Positions 57,993-64,000 of a stretch of DNA of 64,000 bases are shown here, piece by piece. The stretch spans positions 229,616-293,615 of the forward strand of contig CAZEVT010000001.1 in the NCBI GenBank assembly GCA_964515005.1. Direction: 5' to 3'. The stretch comes from an uncultured Gammaproteobacteria bacterium. Lineage in GTDB: Bacteria; Patescibacteriota; Microgenomatia; UBA10105; UBA927. Both the position numbers and the translations under genes were made by a program. How positions within the stretch are numbered: position 1 is the stretch's first letter; each line of letters opens with the position of its first letter. The notes under the pieces were generated by a model that saw only the letters and a program-made list of their open reading frames with translations, made no database searches and had not been told where the DNA came from.

Positions 57993-58342
57993 ACGACCTC
58001 AATCCTCCCGTGAAACATGTTCATGCCGCAGTGGATGCCATAGACTCCCGGTTTAGTAGGGGAGATGGTGATGGTAACCGGTGTATTCATGGGTAAAAAT
58101 GCTTTAATTTTAAAATCTTCTATTATTACCTCTTCAAGGCAGCTGTTTGGGTCTTTGCGGGTGAACGTGATCGTGGCGGGTTTGCCCGTTGGGATTTTGA
58201 CGGTTGACGGTTTATATCCGCCCTCAACGATAATATTCCACGCACTTGAGGCGGTCATAGTTTCCTCCTTTTTTCCAAAGAAAAACCAGTATATGAGACC
58301 GATAAGTGCCGTGCCAAAGAGAGTAACGAGTGTTTTATCCAT
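57989..58342 (-). CDS. Membrane-anchored cupredoxin (CupA-like chaperone)
   Basis: TM, GGYKP, SC and HCGMNM motifs. Confidence 0.85.
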   Translation of the reverse strand: MDKTLVTLFGTALIGLIYWFFFGKKEETMTASSAWNIIVEGGYKPSTVKIPTGKPATITFTRKDPNSCLEEVIIEDFKIKAFLPMNTPVTITISPTKPGVYGIHCGMNMFHGRIEVV

Positions 58343-58619
58343 TTTTTTTCTCCATGACCTTCATAACTTCATCAATGACTTCGCGCGCGTTGCCTTTCTT
58401 AATTTCTGTAGCTACACACGTTTCCATGTGATTTCTAAGAACTAGTTCGTCGATTTGCTTCAAAGCGGCCTGGACGGCGAGCGACTGGTGGATGACGTCG
58501 ATACAGTAGTGGCCGTCTTCGACCATTTGGACTACACGGTCCAAGTGACCGCGGGCAATTTTCATGCGGTGGAGTATGGTGTGTTCTACAGATTTATCCC
58601 TCGGTATTCCTTTCGGCAT
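58335..58619 (-). CDS. csoR: CsoR family copper-sensing repressor
   Basis: HRMKIARGHL, YCIDV and NHMETC (C-H-C ligands). Confidence 0.92.
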   Translation of the reverse strand: MPKGIPRDKSVEHTILHRMKIARGHLDRVVQMVEDGHYCIDVIHQSLAVQAALKQIDELVLRNHMETCVATEIKKGNAREVIDEVMKVMEKKNG

Positions 58620-58621
58620 TT

Positions 58622-58668
58622 TATCCCCCTATAGGGGATATAATACGGAACCTCGACAATCTTGTCAA
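58622..58668 (-). promoter_or_regulatory. csoR operon promoter with a CsoR-type operator
   Basis: TATCCCC-CTATA-GGGGATA palindrome (58622-58640); minus-strand TTGACA (58668-58663), 17 bp, TATTAT (58645-58640). Confidence 0.8.
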
Positions 58669-58690
58669 GTGTCTTGTACAATACATATCT

Positions 58691-59704
58691 ATGAATGTTG
58701 TGTGGCTTGCGTTTCTCACTGGGCTTACGACCGGCGGACTGTCTTGTCTTGCAATCCAGGGGGGCTTACTAGCCTCTGCGGTTGCTTCCCGGTCGGGGGA
58801 GGAGCCCGTAGCATTATCCAAAAAGATGCCCCAGATAGGCATGTTTATTGCCGCAAAGCTCGTAAGTTATACGCTCCTGGGACTGGTTCTCGGGCTTATT
58901 GGATCCACTCTCGTCTTGTCGCCGAAAATTTTTGGTTGGGTGCAGATTGGAGCCGGACTCTTCATGGTGGCAACGGCACTTCGCCTTATTGACGCACACC
59001 CTATATTTCGCTATTTCGTGGTAACGCCTCCGCGTTGGGCGTTCCGACTTCTCAAAAACACAAGCCGCAACGCGTCGTTGTTTGCACCGGCGACACTCGG
59101 ATTTCTTACCGTTCTTATGCCCTGCGGCATCACTCAAGCGACTATGGCGGTTGCGGTTGCATCCGGAAGCCCGATACTTGGCGCCGCCATTATGGCCGCT
59201 TTTGTTTTGGGTACGAGTCCGGTCTTCTTTGCGCTGGGGGCAACCGTTGTTGAACTGATGCAGAAGCGGGCATTTTCCTACGTTGCAGCTGCGGTGGTTG
59301 CGGTGTTTGCCGTGCTTTCCATCAACGGGGGAGTTGTCCTCACCGGCAGCCCATATACTATCCAGAATTTTTATCGTGCGGCAACCACGCCGATTGATCA
59401 GCTTGCAATGGTCAGGAGTGGAGCTCCCATCGTCGGCGGCGCGCAGGAAGTAACGATCGATGTGGCAAGCGACGGCTACCGGGCGTCAGCAATGACCATC
59501 AAAAAGGGCGTCCCTGTGCGTCTCAGGCTTCAAACGAACAATACCAACGGCTGTTCGCGCGCATTCACCATACCGGATTTGGGGATTTCTAAGGTGCTGC
59601 CAGTGACCGGGAGCGAGGTTATAGAGTTTACGCCCAAAAAAACCGGACGGTTAGCCTACACCTGCAGTATGGGAATGTATACCGGAGCATTTCAGGTGCT
59701 ATGA
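58691..59704 (+). CDS. DsbD_2/TauE-like membrane protein fused to a cupredoxin domain
   Basis: GGLSCLAIQGG and MPCG; C-terminal GC.RAF and YTCSMGMYTG. Confidence 0.85.
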   Translation: MNVVWLAFLTGLTTGGLSCLAIQGGLLASAVASRSGEEPVALSKKMPQIGMFIAAKLVSYTLLGLVLGLIGSTLVLSPKIFGWVQIGAGLFMVATALRLIDAHPIFRYFVVTPPRWAFRLLKNTSRNASLFAPATLGFLTVLMPCGITQATMAVAVASGSPILGAAIMAAFVLGTSPVFFALGATVVELMQKRAFSYVAAAVVAVFAVLSINGGVVLTGSPYTIQNFYRAATTPIDQLAMVRSGAPIVGGAQEVTIDVASDGYRASAMTIKKGVPVRLRLQTNNTNGCSRAFTIPDLGISKVLPVTGSEVIEFTPKKTGRLAYTCSMGMYTGAFQVL

Positions 59705-59901
59705 CAAAAAAAACATACAAGATAGACGGGATGCACTGCACGAGCTGTGCGCTTATGATTGAAAGCGATCTTGAGGATGCCGGGGTGAAAGCTACATGTA
59801 ATTACGCCAAGGAGATACTCGAAGTGGAGTTTGATGAGCAAAAGATCGGAGAAAAAAAGATTACTGAAGTTGTTGCTTCAGCAGGGTATCAAATTGTTTG
59901 A
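59701..59901 (+). CDS. Heavy-metal-associated (CopZ-like) chaperone
   Basis: GMHCTSC; 66 aa. Confidence 0.88.
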   Translation: MTKKTYKIDGMHCTSCALMIESDLEDAGVKATCNYAKEILEVEFDEQKIGEKKITEVVASAGYQIV

Positions 59902-60286
59902 GTGCATCTTCTTCTGACGTAAAGATTAACTCTTTTTTAACGGCAGGGCATCCCCGGAGCATGCGGGAGATGCGTTTGCCTTTTTCATACAGAATATAAA
60001 CGGGGATGTTTTGCCTGTGGGCATATTCTATTTCAATCCCGGTACCGGTACTGGGTTCTCCCATATATGCGACCATAAGGTCACTGTGTGTGAGCTGGTG
60101 CGTATCGATTTTGTAGACTTCAGTGGGGGAAACGTCCGGGTTTTTAATAGGATCCGTACCTTTCAAAAATGCCCAAAAGTAGTCAAAGCCGTTTTTTTGC
60201 GCAACAGCCGCCAAGCGTCGATAAAACGCTTTTGTTTTGACAGGGTTTTTGAGGTCCGTCAGCGGTCCGGCAAAGAATATGCGCAT
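59861..60286 (-). CDS. Nucleoside 2-deoxyribosyltransferase / DNPH1-like protein
   Basis: IFFAGP, D......SD..VA, PSTGTGIEIEYA and ISRMLRG motifs; start 60286. Confidence 0.8.
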   Translation of the reverse strand: MRIFFAGPLTDLKNPVKTKAFYRRLAAVAQKNGFDYFWAFLKGTDPIKNPDVSPTEVYKIDTHQLTHSDLMVAYMGEPSTGTGIEIEYAHRQNIPVYILYEKGKRISRMLRGCPAVKKELIFTSEEDALKQFDTLLKQQLQ

Positions 60287-60316
60287 AAGGTCTTTATATG
60301 ATACACTAAAACTCTT

Positions 60317-60640
60317 ATGGCAGATATTGCAATTACCGATGCGAATTTTGATGACCAGGTTTTGAAAAACGATAAGCCCGTGCTCGTCGACTTTTGGGCG
60401 GTTTGGTGCGGCCCGTGTCAGGTCCAGGGGCCGATTATTAAAGACATAGCCAAGGAGATGGAGGGGAAAGCAGTCGTATGGGAGTTTAATGTTGATGAAA
60501 ATCCGCAGATGGCACAAAAGTACAATGTCATGAGTATTCCGACCCTCATGATCTTCAAGGGCGGCACGGTGGTGCGGCAGTTTATCGGTGTGCAGTCAAA
60601 AGAAACACTTCTTGGAGAACTCAACAAACTTATCAACTAA
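60317..60640 (+). CDS. trxA: Thioredoxin
   Basis: VDFWAVWCGPC and SIPTL motifs. Confidence 0.96.
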   Translation: MADIAITDANFDDQVLKNDKPVLVDFWAVWCGPCQVQGPIIKDIAKEMEGKAVVWEFNVDENPQMAQKYNVMSIPTLMIFKGGTVVRQFIGVQSKETLLGELNKLIN

Positions 60641-60641
60641 T

Positions 60642-61583
60642 ATGACCCACGATGTCATCATATTAGGGTCCGGTCCAGCCGGATACACAGCAGCACTCTA
60701 TACGTCACGGGCGTTTCTCAAAACGCTTATGTTTACTGGGCTTGAAGTGGGCGGGCAGCTGACGACCACCACCGAAGTTGAAAATTATCCCGGATTTCCC
60801 AAGGGCATCATGGGTCCGCAACTTATGCTGGATATGAAATCTCAAGTAGAGCGGTTTGGGACCGAGATTCAACAAAAGATGGTTACCAAGGTCGAAAAAA
60901 AAGACGCGACATTTGTCGTAACCGCGGAGGGAACATCATACGAGGCAAAAACCGTGATTATTGCGTCTGGCGCCTCCGCCATGTATCTAGGACTGCCGTC
61001 AGAAAAAAAATTTGCCGGGAAAGGCGTTTCCGCGTGTGCAACGTGTGATGGATTTTTTTTCCGGGGAAAAGAAGTGGTCGTGGTCGGGGGCGGAGATACC
61101 GCCATGGAAGAGGCCACATTCTTGACGACGTTTGCCCCGAAAGTGACTATTATCCATAGGCGTGACGAGTTTCGCGCAAGCCCCATCATGCTTGAGCGCG
61201 CAAAGAAGAATCCTAAAATTACCATGCTGACCAATAAGATCATTGAAGAAATTCTCGGTGACACGAATGTCACCGGCGTTCGTATCAAAGATACGGTTAC
61301 CGGAACAGTTGAAGAGTATCCCACCCAAGGAGTGTTTTTGGCAATCGGTCACAAACCCAACACAGAATTTTTGAAAGACCTCATCACGCTTGACCCGAAA
61401 GGATATGTCACGATCCACGGGCTGCGAAAGCCCGGTGACTTCCATACGGCAACAAATGTTCCCGGCATTTTTGCCGCGGGGGACTGCGTGGATTACCAGT
61501 ACCGCCAAGCCGTGGTTGCGGGAGGTATGGGGTGCATGGCAGCCCTCGATGCGCAAAAATATCTTGAGGACACACGCGTATGA
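60642..61583 (+). CDS. trxB: Thioredoxin-disulfide reductase
   Basis: GSGPAG, CATCDG, GGGDTAMEE and FAAGD motifs. Confidence 0.96.
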   Translation: MTHDVIILGSGPAGYTAALYTSRAFLKTLMFTGLEVGGQLTTTTEVENYPGFPKGIMGPQLMLDMKSQVERFGTEIQQKMVTKVEKKDATFVVTAEGTSYEAKTVIIASGASAMYLGLPSEKKFAGKGVSACATCDGFFFRGKEVVVVGGGDTAMEEATFLTTFAPKVTIIHRRDEFRASPIMLERAKKNPKITMLTNKIIEEILGDTNVTGVRIKDTVTGTVEEYPTQGVFLAIGHKPNTEFLKDLITLDPKGYVTIHGLRKPGDFHTATNVPGIFAAGDCVDYQYRQAVVAGGMGCMAALDAQKYLEDTRV

Positions 61584-62293
61584 TACCGCTTCCCAAACCC
61601 CAGAAATTTACGAGCCGTTTAATCTCGATCGAGAAGGTTTCAAGCAAAATGTATCTGGAGCGCTTTGAGCTTCAGACGCCTACGGATATTACGTTTATCC
61701 CCGGACAAACTATCATGCTCTATGTTGCTCCGGGTATGAACAGGAGTATGTCCATTGCTTCGCCTCCCAATGAACGTCATATCCTTCTTCTGGCTCATGA
61801 CGTAGCGCCTAATGGGGTATATGCCAAATGGGCCTTAGGAGCCAAAGTCGGGGATACGATGAATTTCATGGGGCCACTAGGGATGTTTATATTGGACCGC
61901 GACAGTCACCGAAAAAAGCTCCTTGTTGCGACCGGATCGGGTATTGCTCCATATCGATCCATGATCCTAGACTACTTGAACCAAGGAGGAACGGATGAAA
62001 TTATTCTCTATTGGGGACTGCGACATGAAGAGGATATGTTTTGGCAGAAAGAATTTGACGAATTGGTGCAACACCATCCGAATTTCACATTTGTTCTGAC
62101 GCTTTCACAAGGGGCAGATACGTGGCAGGGAAAGCGGGGACATGTTCAAGAACATATCTTCGCGGAGCAAAAAAATCTGTCCGAGAACGACTGGTATCTT
62201 TGCGGCAGTAAAGAGATGATCAATGAAATGCGAGATAAACTTGAATTACTTGGTGTTCCTGAGGCTCAGGTGAAGTTTGAATTGTTTTTCTGA
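61580..62293 (+). CDS. FAD/NAD(P)-binding oxidoreductase (FNR-like)
   Basis: FIPGQ, RSMSIAS, GPLG.F, ATGSGIAP, YLCG and terminal E.F motifs. Confidence 0.88.
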   Translation: MIPLPKPQKFTSRLISIEKVSSKMYLERFELQTPTDITFIPGQTIMLYVAPGMNRSMSIASPPNERHILLLAHDVAPNGVYAKWALGAKVGDTMNFMGPLGMFILDRDSHRKKLLVATGSGIAPYRSMILDYLNQGGTDEIILYWGLRHEEDMFWQKEFDELVQHHPNFTFVLTLSQGADTWQGKRGHVQEHIFAEQKNLSENDWYLCGSKEMINEMRDKLELLGVPEAQVKFELFF

Positions 62294-62307
62294 TATACTC
62301 ATGACCT

Positions 62308-63600
62308 ATGGCAACCGTGAATCCGTTTGAGAGCGCAATGGCCCAGCTTAAAAAAGCCGCCGCATACCTTCCTGCGCGTGATGCAAAGAAAGCATTGACC
62401 CTCCTTAGCCAGCCCCAGCGGATCCTGAACGTCACGATTCCGGTCGTGATGGATGATAAAACGACAAGAATTTTTCAAGGGTACCGCGTACAATTTAACA
62501 ACGCCCGCGGGCCGTACAAAGGGGGTATCCGGTATCATCCGCAGGTTTCCCTCGACGAGGTGAAGGCGCTTTCTTTCTGGATGGCGATGAAATGTGCAGT
62601 TGCTGATCTTCCTTTGGGAGGCGGCAAAGGCGGGATTATCGTCGACCCGAAAAAGCTATCGGCGAGAGAACTCGAACGGCTTTCGCGCGGATATATCCGG
62701 GCCATCTGGGATTGTATCGGGCCTACTAAGGACGTGCCCGCGCCGGACGTAAACACCAACGGCGTCATCATGGGGTGGATGGTCGACGAATATCTGAAGC
62801 TTAAAGACGCGGCATGGGGGCTGACCGCCAAAGAAAAGAAAGAATATCGGTCCACATTTACGGGCAAGCTCATAAAAGATGGGGGATCGGAAGGGCGGGA
62901 AGAGGCGACGGGACTCGGAGGGCTGTATGTACTCCAAACGATTTTAAAACACCATAAACTTGCGGGGAAACAATTGACCGCTGCAGTGCAGGGGTTCGGA
63001 AATGTTGGATACAATATTGCCAAATTTTTAATAGAAGCGGGGATTAAGGTGGTAGCGGTATCCGATTCCCGGGGTGGCATCCACGTGCCTACTGGCGTGA
63101 ATCCTATGCTCACCCTCGAGTGCAAGAGGAAAAATGGCTATTTGGCGGGCTGCTACTGTTCGGGATCGGTCTGCGATCTGACCAAAGGGAAACCTATAAC
63201 CAATGACGCGCTTCTTGAGCTTCCGGTCGACATCCTCGTTCCCGCAGCTTTGGAAAACGTCCTGACGAAGCAAAATGCCTCCAAGATTAAAGCAAAGGTT
63301 GTGCTGGAAATGGCCAACGGCCCCACGACGCCCGAAGCTGATGCTATTTTTCATAAACGCGGAATTCCCGTCATTCCAGATATACTTTCGAACTCCGGGG
63401 GCGTCACCGTATCGGCATTTGAATGGGAACAGAACCTCAAAGGTCAACACTGGACGAAAGAAGCGGTAAACCGCAAGCTCAAGGCCAAGATGGAAAAGGA
63501 AGCAACTGCCGTATGGGGAGCCTCCAAGAAGCACAAGACTGATCTCCGTACGGCTGCTTTTGTCGTGGCACTTGAGCGTATTCTTCGTGTGATGAAATAG
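62308..63600 (+). CDS. gdhA: Glu/Leu/Phe/Val dehydrogenase (glutamate dehydrogenase)
   Basis: [30 protein letters not shown] and EMANGP motifs. Confidence 0.92.
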   Translation: MATVNPFESAMAQLKKAAAYLPARDAKKALTLLSQPQRILNVTIPVVMDDKTTRIFQGYRVQFNNARGPYKGGIRYHPQVSLDEVKALSFWMAMKCAVADLPLGGGKGGIIVDPKKLSARELERLSRGYIRAIWDCIGPTKDVPAPDVNTNGVIMGWMVDEYLKLKDAAWGLTAKEKKEYRSTFTGKLIKDGGSEGREEATGLGGLYVLQTILKHHKLAGKQLTAAVQGFGNVGYNIAKFLIEAGIKVVAVSDSRGGIHVPTGVNPMLTLECKRKNGYLAGCYCSGSVCDLTKGKPITNDALLELPVDILVPAALENVLTKQNASKIKAKVVLEMANGPTTPEADAIFHKRGIPVIPDILSNSGGVTVSAFEWEQNLKGQHWTKEAVNRKLKAKMEKEATAVWGASKKHKTDLRTAAFVVALERILRVMK

Positions 63601-64000
63601 CTTGTTTCGCAAGCTCAACAGAGCTTTTTTCGTATCCTCAAATAGCCCCATAGTTTTGACACTCCTTCGGATTTCTGATACTATTCCCAGACTTTGCTCT
63701 TTAACAATACCTATATCGTAGGGAGCTACTATAAGAGAAGAAGGAATCGAGTTATCCAAAATGCTGGAAATTATTCGTCAACTTTTTCTCTTATGATCGT
63801 CTCCCTGCGAACAAGTAATTGGGTGGGGATTTTTGCGTAAGGAATCTGTCTTACTCAGAAATCCACCATCCAATTATGTTACTGGATTCCGGATAAGCGG
63901 AGCGTACGCGGTAGGACAACAATTCTTCGTCAACTCGCATCAGCGAGAGAAAAGAAAAGAGGTTTATTCATGAGAACAATTGTTATGAGGTCAACGTACG

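Noticed and set aside
63028-64000. ORF 63028-63759(-) and the AT-rich tail of the window
   Set aside because: Mostly antisense to gdhA with no recognisable motif; the tail has only short ORFs and cannot be interpreted without downstream sequence
1-64000. CRISPR arrays, rRNA genes, transposases and prophage genes
   Set aside because: No regularly spaced repeats and no such coding or rRNA motifs were seen

Overview
Gene-dense bacterial chromosomal window with roughly 80 genes. Gene content and style suggest a Patescibacteria/CPR genome, probably Microgenomates (inference, not a database result). Supporting signs are DUF4012, an RRM protein, short ValS, a stand-alone 5'-3' exonuclease, archaeal-type PyrH, an ATP-dependent ligase, Pro/Thr-linker membrane proteins and many apparently leaderless genes. 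Contents: envelope glycosylation genes; translation genes (rplY, epmA-efp, valS, trpS, pth); DNA repair/recombination genes (nth, Xer-type recombinase, dprA-comM-yraN, recF, lig, EndoQ-like, ogt); two type II TA modules and a Fic protein; ftsH; an ABC-2 exporter; a large CsoR-headed copper/redox cluster; trxA-trxB and gdhA. Non-coding highlights absent from the ORF track: (1) an initiator-type tRNA(CAU) at 18440-18703 split by a compact 191-nt group I intron and with a strongly non-canonical body; (2) a second CAU tRNA with A32/C55; (3) a Trp T-box-like leader with an atypical 5' half ahead of trpB2-trpS. Other leads are a PPDK-like dikinase whose pyruvate domain is replaced by an unknown domain next to a deoxynucleoside kinase, a probable ACG start for comM, and short palindromic insertions inside coding sequences. 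All calls come from reading motifs by eye; no searches were run.
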